Shown here piece by piece: positions 36,872-49,636 of a stretch of 64,000 nucleotides of DNA. The DNA lies in assembly GCA_035084275.1 (NCBI GenBank), contig CM068745.1, positions 50,158,001 through 50,222,000 on the forward strand, written 5' to 3'. The position numbers and the translations under genes were made by a program. The notes under the pieces were generated by a model. It worked only from the letters and a program-made list of their open reading frames with translations. It ran no database searches and had not been told where the DNA came from. Source of the DNA: Hydrolagus colliei (taxonomy: Eukaryota). Numbering within the stretch: position 1 is the first letter of the stretch; every line of letters starts with the position of its first letter.

Positions 36872-37210
36872 TGTGGAATCCTGTAGCTCAGTGGTTAGAG
36901 CACTCGCCTTGCAAGAGAGAGATCAGTGTTCAATTCCAGATAGGGTGAAACCTTGGGCAAGTTTCTTTACTTCATATGTCCAATAATAATCCCCGCCCAA
37001 AAAAAACAATAATGCATTGGTCATTTTAATCCACGATTGTTTGTGGGACACTGCTTTATGCAATTGGCTCCACAAATATATACACTCTATATTACTATTA
37101 TATACAGTCAATTCACTTTATAGGTTATTCTGTGAAGCACTTTGGGACATCTAGAAGACTGAAAAAGCACTATATCAAATGCAAGGATTATTATTATTTA
37201 ATTATTATTA
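36872..37210 (+). mobile_element. tRNA-derived SINE copy
   Basis: tgtggaatcctgtagctcagtggttagagcactcgccttgcaag head through gcaaggattattattatt tail. Confidence 0.9.
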
Positions 37211-37374
37211 ATCACACTGTTTTTCATTTGCAGTACATATTTTCCTTGGTTTCTGATTTGAGCAACACCCACATAACTAATTGGAAGATACTACATGAAC
37301 TGGGGGTTTATTGAAAATACCCAATTTATTTTAATTAACAAAAAAGTTATGATGTAGATTTTATGACAGCATGA

Positions 37375-37827
37375 ATAACAACAACAACGACAACAACTTA
37401 CATTTATAGAGCGCCTTTCACGTCGGGAGGACGTCCCAAGGCGCTGCACAGGAGGCGTGTGACCCGAGCTGAAAGGGGAGTGTTTGGGAAGGGGTGAAAC
37501 ACGAAGGGGAGGTAGAAGAGTTCGGGGTGGAACAAAAGGCACGATCGAAGAGGAAAGTCTTCAAACCGGCCTTGAAAGAGGAAAGGGAAGAAACGAAATG
37601 GAGGGATTGAGGGATGGCATTCCATAGGGTGGGAGCGGAGAAACTGAAGGCCCGGCCTCCGATGGTGGGGCGGTTCGGGCGGGGGGCTTGGAGCAGGCCA
37701 AGTCCTGTTGAACAGAGGGTCCGGGTGGGCTTGTAGGGGGAGAGTAGATTGGTTAAATAGGGCGGGACAAGGCCGTGTAAGGCCTTGTAGGTGAGGACGA
37801 GGATCTTGAACTCGATCCTCTGGAGGA
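37375..37827 (-). mobile_element. Relatively young L2 3' fragment (CpGs retained)
   Basis: (caa)n tail and perfect tail stem-loop at 37411-37444. Reverse translation gives RIEFKILVLTYKALHGLVPPYL, the L2 ORF2 C-terminus. Confidence 0.9.
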
Positions 37828-38003
37828 TTTTGAATAATAATTTATATTATTATTCAAAAATTATATTAATAATAATAATGAATTTGAATAATAATAATAA
37901 TTTGTAGTTTCTACCTTTACAAAATTATTTATACAATTTCTCACTCTCACACTAAAGGATCTTATGGGTCTTTGAGTTTTTAAGTAATTTTTGTTATATA
38001 TAC

Positions 38004-38220
38004 TAATCCTTGCATTTATTTTGTGGGCAAAATACGCCAGATTGGGCACAGCAGTGTCCCACAAACAGTCGTGGATTAAAATGACCAATTTATTTTGAGG
38101 GATTTTTATCAGGCTTGTGCAGTAAGGAAATTTGCCCAAGGTTTCACCCTACCTGGAATCAAACCTAGGTTTCTTGCTTCCGACATCAGTGCTCTAACCA
38201 CTGAGCTATAGGACTCCACA
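38004..38220 (-). mobile_element. tRNA-derived SINE copy with internal deletion
   Basis: Head at 38160-38220; tail joined directly to the Deu-like segment. Confidence 0.85.
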
Positions 38221-39169
38221 TACAGTTATCTTGACCCAGCTTTCATTCCTCTTAGTTGAAGGATTATTTTTTGAGAATTCTGATTCATAATAATCGGTGA
38301 GCATTGGACTTCTGTTTCGGCCTCTGTTGTTTGACACAGCCCCTTATTTCTAGCCTTCTGTGTCAAATAGTTTTTGATTGGAAGATCAGAATTTTCCTTT
38401 TGGACCTTGTTACTTCACTGTATCACATAAAGGAGTTTGTGCCATCAGAAGCCTTGATTCATCTGTTGTCAGTTTGGGTCATAATTCTTCTCAAAATGAT
38501 AATTTATTTTTAAAAACACTATAAAATGTGACAAACTTTAAAAACAAATAATGTCTAAATCTACAGCTAATTCTAAAGCTTGTTATCCTTTATATGTGGA
38601 GATTAACATGTGTGGAATAGATATTATCTTTAAAGTACAACAGTAATTCTATGTTACTTGCACAGGTACGTCATGTTGGTAGTTTGGTTTATCTGTACAT
38701 CTATTGCTCCTGCACTTAGGATTCAAGAGCTCTTCAAAAATATTGTATTCAATGTGAAAAACAAACATAAAAAGTGCTTCAGATTTTTCTGGAACTTAAG
38801 TTTAATTTTTTTTCAAATGCAGTAATTGCATTTGAAAGGAACTCCTGTATTTGAACAATGATAACTGCCTTATCCTATTTGCTTTGAATTTGTACTCAAT
38901 TTGTGTGGACCTCTTGTTACTGGTAAAATAGATATGTATTCTCAGGTGTCAACCTGCACTGTACTGTACTTCAGGTATTTGCAGAATGTCTACATAGTCT
39001 GAGATGACATTGCAAAATGACCTCCTGCAAAAATTGCAAAAAAAAAACCTCAAATGAAGCACTGATTGAATTCTAGTTCTGTCATCAAGCAACTTATTAT
39101 TGCAATTCACACAAACAGAGAATTGAGCTATCCTTAGTTTATGCAAAGTATATAGCTGTAGAACACATA

Positions 39170-39468
39170 ATATTAACAATAATCCTTGCATTTGATATAG
39201 CGCTTTTTATGTCTTCTAGACGTCTCTAAGTGTGTCACAGATTATACTGTAAAGTGAATTGACGGTATATTTGCGGGCGAAACAACGGTAGCCAATTGCG
39301 CATAGCAGTGTCCTGCAAACAGTCGTGGATTGAGTGAACAAATTATTATTGTTTTTCTTTGCAGGGATTATTATCAGGCGTGTGGAATAAGGAAACTCAT
39401 CCAGCCTGGAATCGAACCCAGGTCTCTCACTTGCAAGACGTTCTAACCACTGAGCTACAGGACTCCAC
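39170..39468 (-). mobile_element. tRNA-derived SINE copy
   Basis: Same consensus, many CpGs intact. Confidence 0.9.
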
Positions 39469-42400
39469 TTGAGCTCTAACCACACCCACCAAATGTGATT
39501 TTACATTCAGGAAATTAAAATGACACGACACAACCCACACAAATTCAGATTGTTTCCATTGTAGTTTTATTATTTTTTAAAAAGAAACTAATTTTAAGAT
39601 AGAAGAGACCCAAACCATATCTGTGCTTAGCATTGAAACTGTGCTTTGTTAAAATTGAAAAATATGATGGTAGAGGAAATTTTCCTAATTTCTGGAAACT
39701 TAACAACAATCCTGAACAATTTACACCCTTTTTTCTCCCCCTTTTAAACAAAATCTTAACTTTATCGCTTCTTTGGAGCTTGTTTTGTTTTCGGCTTTTT
39801 AAGCTCTCCTTAGCTACATGCGTCTAATTGGTATTCCTGAGAAGCTGCCTGGGTTTGTATGTTTCGCATTTGTGTGTTAATAGGGGATGAGTTGGCTGTT
39901 GAAGGGAACAGGAAGCTTTGAATGGCCAGGGAGTCGCGCTGAATTTCAGTAATGAACGCTTTTATGCAGCTTTTCACAAAGCCCTCCTGATTATATGGGA
40001 AAATGACACCCAGTGAATAGTTGCCTGTTTATGCACACCTTTGAGCAAACAGAATTAGCAAATCTCTGAAAGCCTGGGTTGCTATAAGCTTATTTAAAAT
40101 AATATATTATCATGTCAGTGACTGTGAAAAATGTGGGAGAGCGGGGGGCTCACAGGTAGTAAATAAATAGGCTAGTTAATATGCATCCAGATTGCTAGAT
40201 GGAATAATTGTCTTTATTGGGCATCTCACGTTCACCTGCATTATAAGTTGCAGTCATCATGTTCAGACATATGGTTTCATTTCCAACCACACAGCACGAT
40301 CCTCTGTGCCTATATTTGTACTGTTCTCATATCACGGTGTGGAACAAACCACCAAGCAAAGTATTATTATTCAAAGTAAACCCAAATGTCATGTTGGGGC
40401 AACAGTTTAGTGTGTCAAATGACTTTTCCTCATTCTTGACTTTATTGTCTTTTAAACGGTAGATTAATGGATAGCACCCAGGCTTTTTAAAACCTACAAA
40501 CTGATTTAAAATGTAATAATACAGATTTAAAAGAACCTACAAGCGATTTTTAAAAAAAAAAATCTTAGCTGGGGCTTTCCTAAATTCTTGTTAGCATTGT
40601 TTCTCTGTCAAGTATTGACTATCAGTGTTTTACTTCCATTGAAAACAACTGAATGCTGCACATTTTTATTGCTCCCATTATTTACCGGTTGGAAGAAATG
40701 TCGGAACTTCAATAAGCATTCTGCCTGGTTCGCATTCCTTGTTTAAAAGGGGTTGTTTCTGAACTATTTCCGTCACTTTTCTACATCTGTGTATATTTTT
40801 TGTTCTTCTCCCCCCCCCCCCCCCACCGCCCCCATTTAATCTCACTAAATGCTCAGCATTCGTGTTATTCCCAGAGCCTCCTGGGTTGCACAGCTGACGG
40901 GCCTGGTTGAGGTGCAGTTGGATGTGCTGTAGAATGCCTCTTTGTTGACTTTAGCTGTAGTGGAGTCCAGTGTTGCTGTGGAGCAGAATGGTATTGAATT
41001 TGCTCACTGAGGCAGAACACTCAACAGGAAGGAAGGAAGCAGCTATTCTTTCTGTTCCTATTGTCTGATCATCAGGCTTAAGCAATCAAACAACTATGCA
41101 GACGGGGCTGCAACGGTGGCAGTGATGCCTGTTGTGTTGGGGGATGGGATGCACCGCTTTCCCTCTAATCTCTTTCAGCTTTTCAACTTTGTCAACATGC
41201 TTCGACATCCTATCTGCTCGTCCAGCCCCTCTTGTGCAGCGAACTGGAGGTGGCATTTTTCGGTGGTTTTTTTAAAAAAGCAGCGTTTTTGTTTTAAACA
41301 CTGCTGCCATTTTTCACTCGTGTTCATTCAGCCTGCTAAGTACTGTTTGTACTTTTCTTTATTTGTTACGTAAGGTAGAAAAGAGTCATGTCGGTGTGAG
41401 TGAGATTGGACTGCTGTTATGTGGCATTTGGGTGTGCCATTGCCTTGAAAATGACTCCATGAGTAGACTTTATTGTTGGGTGTACATTCCTGACTTTATT
41501 CAGTGTGAATGTAAACCTAATCCTGTTTCACCTTTTTTTTGCTTATTATTTTTTAAAATAGACAACTATCCTGTTCAACTCTTTTTTAAAAAAAAACTAT
41601 CACAGCCATTCAGGAGCAATGATTGAGAGGATGAAAGAGAATATTTTAAGTGTTCTGTTTCTATCCTGCTTGCTGGATCCCCCCAAAATGTATGCTTTCA
41701 GCTGCACTCACCTCCTTGAAGATGCCTCCTGTGATAACCCCTTTCAGTTGTCTACCTCTTCAGACTAATTAGAGTTTCTATTCTAAGCCATCCCTGGCCG
41801 TGCTATGGTAGACTAACTTTTCTGTATGTCTGGAAGGTAATGAAAAGCCTTGTGATTTCCTGTGCTTAGAGCAATGTCTGCATGGCACACACATGCCGGA
41901 GATGAGAAAATAGGACAGACTGCCTGGCTTCTTACTTGACAGACCAGTAAATGAATGAACAACAGAACAGAGCTGTTGAAGTGGGGGAGGGGGAGATTTA
42001 GAATTTTTTCAGATCAGGTTGTTTTGGTGTTATTCACCCTAGAAAGATTAACTTTAGTTTTAATAACAAATGTACAATCTTTTATTGAATCATAAGCGTG
42101 ACAAATGGTTCAAGAAGTTAACAAACGTATTAAAATATTTTCAAATGGATTTGTATGTTAATCATAAATGGAAGACAATTTAAGCTGCATTGGTTTTAAA
42201 GATCAACATTGACATTCTCACATACCTTGCAGGGGTGGACATAAACTGCACGTGAAATGGCTATGCATTACACTGGAGTTTAACGTGTGTTATTCCTTCA
42301 TGAAATTTCCTTGTGATATAAAAGTAGATCACACCGGAGTGGAGTTTCCATGGGTCACCTTTGAATTACTGGAATGCGTTCCCATTTGTGCCACTTAGAT

Positions 42401-42693
42401 TTTGTAACAAGGAATCACATCAAGAATTATCATCAATCAGATCTGATGCTGATTAATTCATAATAAAAGAGAGCTCCCATCTCTCCACACCTCTGCCATG
42501 GTTTGGTTGGTTGGTAAGCAGGAGCTTGAGGGGTATTTTACATTGGGACAACCCTAACATTACAACTCTAAAATTACAACCATCAGCTTTGGGGCATTTT
42601 GTTTCATTACTGTGTTGGCCTTCTAGTTCTATGTTTGGGATCTCTTTTGGTTCCAATATGTTGTTCTTGCCTACAAGTACACAGTCACTACAT

Positions 42694-43017
42694 TGTGGAA
42701 TCCTGTAGCTCAGTAGTTAGAGTATACATCTTGCAAGCGTGAGACCTGTGTTTCGAATCCAGGCAGGTCAGGGTGAAACCTTGGGCAAGTTTCCTTACTC
42801 CACACACCTAATAATAATCCACCCCCCAAAAATCTATAATAAATTGGTCATTTCAATCCACGAATGTTTGTGAGACACTGTTGTGGGCAATCGGCTGCCA
42901 CGTTTCACCCACAAATATACAGTCAATTCACTTTACAGTATACTCTGAAACGCTTTGAGACGTCTAGAAGACGTGAAAAGCGCTGTATCAAAATGCAAGG
43001 ATTATTATTATTATTAT
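42694..43017 (+). mobile_element. tRNA-derived SINE copy
   Basis: Head tgtggaatcctgtagctcagt; intact tail stem-loop at 42950-42983; (tta)n end. Confidence 0.9.
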
Positions 43018-43315
43018 TTTATGGAAAACACAGTGGAAACATTTCCACATGCCCAGGTTCTGTTATCAAACACAATGATTATTAGTTTTATGCAACAAAC
43101 CAATGGAATATTTTGGGCAGGTGATGACAACAACATCTGATCGTGTACACTGTCTGAAAATATTACCAAATTAATGTGGGAGCATTTATTTAATAGTCAC
43201 ACAGAGGTACTGCTTGCATAACTTCATAATTTCAATTTTGAAAATTCTCCTTTTGACAGTGCAGTAAACACAGCATGTCACAGACATCAGACCCTACCTC
43301 TGCAGCCTCCTTATG

Positions 43316-44115
43316 TCAACAAGACCGAGGACCACCCGATTGGCTCGCAGCAGTGCCTGACAGCATCAACTTCCATGGTTGTACACTCCACTTCACAAAG
43401 CCAGTCAGGAACCTGAGTGGTTCGTTCGATCCTCAACTGTCTATTCTCCCGCGTATCCATGCCATGACCCGCACTGCCTTCCTTCAACTCCGTAACATTG
43501 CCCGACTCCACCACTACCTCACCCCCCAGGCCACTGAAACTCTCATTCATGCCTTTGTCATATTCAGATTAGATTATGCAACGCCCAGCTTGTCGGCCTT
43601 CCCATCTTCTCCCTTCACAGGCTGCAGATCATCCAGAACTCTGCATCTGTATCCTCTCCTGCACCAAGCTCCATGACCCCATCTCCGTCATTCTCACCAG
43701 ACTCCATTGACTCCATCATTCAGATAATTCAATTCAAGATCCTGCTCCTCACCTTTATAGCCCTCCATAGCCTTGCCCCACCCTAACCCTGCAACCTCCT
43801 GTCCTACCAATCTGTCCACAGGGGGCTCTGGCCTGCTCCATATCCCCTGACCAACTGCCCCACCATCGTCAGCTGAGTCTTCAGCCACTGCCCCCAACCT
43901 TTGGAATTCAATCCTGCAATCCCCCCTCTCTAGCCTCCTTCAAATCCCGCTTCAAGACCCTCCTCTTCAACCGTGCCATCTGTCATCCCCATCCCCTCCC
44001 TTCCCTCCACCCTCCCTGATCCCGACCCCAGATCAGGTCTAAAGCATTGACTGTCCAACGCCGTAGGGCATCCTCCCGATGTGAAAAATGCTATACCAAT
44101 ATAATATTGTTGTTG
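43316..44115 (+). mobile_element. Decayed L2 3' fragment
   Basis: ORF 43275-43676 contains RTAFLQLRNIARLHHYLTPQATETLIHAFVIFRLDY (L2 ORF2). Ends in cctcccgatgtgaaa...ttgttgttg. Confidence 0.88.
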
Positions 44116-45847
44116 GTGTTAATAGAGCAATGTTTGAGATGGTTTCAGTGGGATCTTCATAGTGTAGGCTGGTATTCCACTGCATTGCTGAAGGAGCGCT
44201 GCATTGTGGAATAGGCTGACGATCAGACGCTACATTAAACTGAGACCCCGTCTGCCTGTTCAGGTATATTTGAAAGAATCTACGACACAAATCAAAAAGA
44301 AACAAGAGTTTTTATTCAAACTGCTCTGGTTAGAAATCCTCCAGATAACATTGGTTACGCAATTTGTGATTATTTGTGGAACATTGCTATGTATAATTAG
44401 CTGCAATGTTTGTCAACAAACGCAGGGTCATTATATCACTCTGATCTTCTCAAGGCTACTGGCCTTTCTCTAAAATCTTGACATGAGGCTCAATTCCCCA
44501 GCTTTCCTTTCTCTCTCGCATGCAATACCTCACCGAGGTCACCTTCCTTCACCGTGCCACTGAAGCAATCATTTACACCCTTGTTGCATCCTATTTTTCC
44601 AACTCACTCTGCATTAGTCTTTCTAGAAGCACCACTCACAAGCTGGAATGCATTGAATGCTTAGTGTCACAAAACTCCAAATGCCCATCACCCCAGTCCT
44701 CACCAGTCTCCACTGTCACCTAAAAGCTTGTCCACAAATCTATCCGCTACCTTGAACCTCCTTATTTTTCGGAGATTATCTTAAACTACTTTTCCACTTG
44801 GCATTCCCACTCAGCTAACTTGGGCCTGCTGTTCCTCCTCTATCCTCTCCACACCACTATTGGTGGCCAAATCTTTAGCTCTACACCCCCAACCTATGAA
44901 ACACCCTGTCCCTGCCATTCTGTTTGGCTCCCTCTCTTTCTGTCTTGAAATCCAACCTCAAATCCTACTTCTTTAAACATACATAGGACAAACTTGCTCT
45001 CCCCACCCTGTTTGCTCAGCATCCAATGCTGTCCCTGTAAAGTGAAGGAAGCTATCCTCACTATCCATGTTTCAAAGTGAAGAATGGTCACTTGGATGGG
45101 ATGCTGTAGCACAAATTGCACCTTTAAATTATATCCAATTAAGTCAGCGGCTTTAAGAGAGAAAGGAGGCAGTTTTTTTTAAAAAATTACCAGAGAACTC
45201 TATTTTAATCTTTAATCTTCATTTTGAAAGCTAATAATAAGAGATAACTAATTCTATTCTTCATGAACAACGTAAAACTTTACAATTTTTTGATACGTAT
45301 CATCAAAGCCAATATGATCTGATTCAGACTGAAACATAAACCAAATTCAGAGAAGCAGACATTCAGACCCCAGGGGGGATTCTCTAGTTAGCAGGAAACC
45401 GACCTTAGAGGGCAAGAGCATTGCATTTTCTACTGGGTCATAAATTTGTGGTATATTTAGGGATCAGAAAAAAGAAAATGCTCTTGCTTGATATTTACTG
45501 ACAAACAAATCACCAAATCTCCCACACATCTGCATTATTTCTGCAACACAAAATGGGCTGTTTGGGAATTTGGGGTCAGCAACAGAAAAATGACCTATAT
45601 CACTATTGGTAAACCATCCAGCCTTAGGTCAGCTTGTCTAATGACTACCTGATTTATAAAGCCATGTTCTGAATGAAAACCAATTACCCTTTTGTGTGAG
45701 GTCTTACCAAGTTTTTCCCTAAGCAAATCAGAGCCACTGACCCACCATCTATTGTTGTTAGAAACCATAATGTCACTGGGTCATTTAAATCAATGCCAGA
45801 CCCTTTTCTAACCAAAATTTTCCAGGCCCTTAGGAAAAATGCTAACA

Positions 45848-46541
45848 CAGAGAATCATAGGATATTACAGCGTAGAAAGAGACCATTCAGCCAATCATGC
45901 CTGTGCCAGCATTTTGAGGTACCCAATCAGTCCCACTGCCCTGCTCTTTCCCCATATCCTTGCAAATTTTTCCTGTTCATGTACCTATCCAATTTCCCCC
46001 ATCTGATGGCTCCTATTTCTGGACTACACTTTATTTTTAAAGTTATTTATCTCTTCCAGTCCTATATGTTTCTTGATTCTCCTCTCTGACACTACATCAT
46101 AGTTCTACCCCACCTGCCAAAATAGTTTTAAACCACTTTCACAGCACAAGTTAATGCCTGCGAGGACATTGGTCCCAGCCTTGTTCAGGTGCACCCTGAC
46201 CACCTTGTACAGGACCCTACTTCCCCAAACTGGTCCCAGTGCCCCACGAATCTGAAGCCCTCCCTCCTGCACCATTTCTCCAGCCATACATTAACCTGCT
46301 TTCTCTTGCTGTTCCCATATGCGCTAGCATGTGGCACTGGAAGTAATCCAGAGATAACCACCTGTGAGGTCTTGCTCTTTAGTCTTCCCCTGAGCTGCCT
46401 ATAAGATCTCAATCAACTCTCTTCTTTCCTATGTCATTGATTCCAACATGCACTACAACTTCTGGCTGTTCCCCTTCCCCACACAGAATGCTCTGTAACC
46501 CTTCCATGACTTTCTCCACCCTGGCAACAGGGAGGGATGAC

Positions 46542-46579
<38 letters not shown>

Positions 46580-46990
46580 TTACATTTATATAGCGCCTTT
46601 CACGTCGGGAGGACGTCCCAAGGCGCTAAACAAGAGGCGTGTGACACCATGCAAAACTACAGTCTGCTGTTACAGAAACTCCTGCCCATTGCCTAAACTG
46701 TTGAATCACCATTGACAATAGCATTGTTACACTTCCCTATGGAGTTGTTTGTCCCACTGGATTTGCCTAGACTGCACTCTCCTAAGAATCATCATCCTCA
46801 CCGGTATTCAGCACAGAAAATCAGCTTGTGAGTGCCATAATCTCAAAGGATTTCTGTTTTGCCCGTGCAATCTTCCTGCCGTGCCAGGTGGTCACCCACT
46901 CACTCTCTTCCTGAACTCTCTGTGGGATGTGATCACCTCCTGAAATGTGCGATGGATAAAGACTTTGCTTCCCGAATGCATTGTGGCGAC
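45848..46990 (-). mobile_element. CR1 remnant: ORF1 esterase (SGNH-type) region joined almost directly to the CR1 3' end, with a nested L2 tail at ~46544-46645
   Basis: RLKSKTSQVVISGLLPVP...VNVWLEKWCRREGFRFVGHW...LYK...VHLNKAGTNVLA is typical CR1 ORF1 esterase. 45848-45995 reads KLDRYMNRKNLQGYGERAG followed by a CR1 3' UTR. Confidence 0.8.
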
Positions 46991-47554
46991 ACCTAAAACC
47001 TCATGCCTCCAGAATACCCACCCAGTCATCACCCCATTATAGCGTTAAATACCTTCTTAAATGAGCTTGTCCTTCTCTATTCACTCCTGCCAGGGAACCC
47101 ATCCAGTTTTTATTTAGATGTTATTTAGACTGCTTTTTATTTAGATGTTAGCCTGCCTTATTTGATAGCACTATTGCCTCTGAGTCAGAGGGTTGTGGGT
47201 TCACATTCGAAGTTTGAACTCATAGTAACCTGAAAGTAGGCCAGGGTAGTATTACACAGTCAAAGTTGCCAGGTAGAATTCAGGTAAAATGAAGAGAAAG
47301 ATGATAACATAAATTGGATTTTGAAGCCAAATCCATTTCAACATTAAAAGCAAATTAAAATAAATACTTGAGAAAAAAATATATATAGTCAGTGATAAGG
47401 GGATAAAACATTGGAATCAGATTAAAGTAGATGGCTCCAATGGGCGTCCAATTAGCCGAATTTGGTTCATTCTGTGCTATAAACTTTCTATTATTCTATG
47501 AAATTGTTGAGCAATATGTGAACCTGAATATCAAATCATACACAAAGATTTAAC

Positions 47555-47838
47555 CCTTGCATTTGACATAGCGTTTTTCACATCTTCTAGGTGTCACAAA
47601 ACACTTCACAGAATATATTGTAAAGCGAATTGTCTATATTTGCGGGCAAATCGCAGCAGCCAATTGTGCACAGTCATGGATTGAAATGACCAATTTTTTA
47701 ATTGTATTTTTCTTGAGGGATTATTATTAGGTGTATGGAATAAGGAAACTTGCCCAAGGTTTCACCCTGCTGGTAATCGAACCCAGGTCTCTCAATTGTG
47801 AGGCGAGTACTCTAACCACTGAGCTACAGGACTCCACA
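47555..47838 (-). mobile_element. tRNA-derived SINE copy
   Basis: Same consensus ending gagctacaggactccaca. Confidence 0.9.
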
Positions 47839-49636
47839 ATGTCTACTGTGGGGTTAGCTATTACTGAAGGATGAGGATGAGCTGTCATCGTCATAATTGT
47901 TCAGTTATTTAAGCCATTCTACCAATTTTTCTAGTTGTGCATAGCTTTTGGATGAAAACATCCAGAAATTAAAGGAGAAAATTTTACTTCATTCTGCCAA
48001 TAAGGATTGTAATATTCCATGTCAGTTCAGTGGATATTGTTAACCCCTATGGCTAAACATTCTTGAGGACTTAAAACAGGCTTTCTAACAATTTTAATAA
48101 TTTATTATACACAGTGTAGATCAGAAGTGGTAAATGGGACAAGGTTCTGAATACAACCTAAAGTAACTGTAATTGAAGATTGCTTTTTAAGGATACATTT
48201 CTAAACATGGCAACTTTCCTCAACACTCATTAACACAGTCTTTCCACTGAAAACATACTATCATGTCCAATTCTGTCTGTGATTGATTCAGTCACTCTTT
48301 GCCTTTCAGACTAGAATACAGTGTTATCACCTGAAAGAGCATCACCTTTTATAACATCCAGATTGTTGCAAGATTATTTTAATGTGTTTGGTGCAATAAA
48401 TACTGCGGATCCTAGAATCCAATTATTAAGGTTCAGTTTGATCCCTCTGGGTAAAGACCATTAAAATACCTATTTTAACCAATTTGCACTTTGGTGGTGC
48501 CTGAGCACATCTCTACATTCACTTTGTCAAATTGCAGGTTACAGAAATGAATTTTGCAGATTTAAGACATTATAAAAGCAAGAGAAGTGCATCTAAATAT
48601 CTGCCAATGAGTTCATACAAGAGTAAATATAGTAATAGGGTAATATAACTGGTTTCAGTGCTTCAAGGCCAGGGAAAGGTTAGTTTTAGTGGGATTGGTA
48701 CTCTTGATGACCTTTGGTGGAACATGTTTGTGATATCAGGTGAGAATAGGATAGTGAAAGCACTGATGTTCCCCACAGTTCAATAGCCTGTTGATATTCA
48801 CTATTTGAACTCAAGGGGTGAAAATGTGTCACATAATATAATGACATATATCACTGACAACATTATCATATAATACAATCACTGGTGATATCATATCATA
48901 TTGTTACTGTGGTGATATTATCAACCTGAAAGGTTGGTATATATTACCAATTGGTGGTGATATCAATCAAGTACTGGTGACCTTATCAACCACTAATTGT
49001 ATTATCATGTAATATAATCAATTGATGGTGGTTTTAGAGAAGGAAGATCCCCCTGGTGAACGAAGCCACACCTCCAGCCCAAGATAAACAATCTGATAAA
49101 TAAAAATGATCATTCACCTTATAGTTGTTTGTCAAATAACCTATATGCAAATTTGTTTCTGTGTTCATCTACAAAATACACAGTTATTACACTTTACTGA
49201 GCATCCTGTGAAGCACTTTGAGAAGTCATTGCAAGTGAAAAGCACTATTTCAAATGCAGGGATCATTAATATTTATTTTGTTATCATGTGATACAATCAC
49301 AGGTGATATTATGTGCTATATTTACATGCCAAATATACACCCGCAACCCCACCACCACCTCTCCCCACCATTGTTAAGACTGATCATGGGTTACTAACCA
49401 TTTCCAGAGCACTGCTGGAAATCAGATTTGTTCCCCAGATGAATCAACATCTTCAAATAAGGCACAGGGAAAATTAGTGGAAGAAAAGTGAAAAGAAGAT
49501 TGGTAAAACAGTTTGCTTTAGGGGAAATAAGAGCATAGAGTTAATATTATTTCATTGTCAAGTTACAAAATGTTTCAATCATTGTTAATGTAGTGTAGTG
49601 TTTCTGAGCAGTGTTGTCAACCAGTCATCAACCAGT

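Noticed and set aside
36872-36950. Functional tRNA gene
   Set aside because: The tRNA-like head continues into a SINE body and tail in about 10 diverged copies, with no oligo-T terminator after the cloverleaf.
37411-37444. L2 tail stem followed by GAAA as a hammerhead ribozyme
   Set aside because: No CUGANGA core upstream; better explained as the RT-recognition stem-loop.
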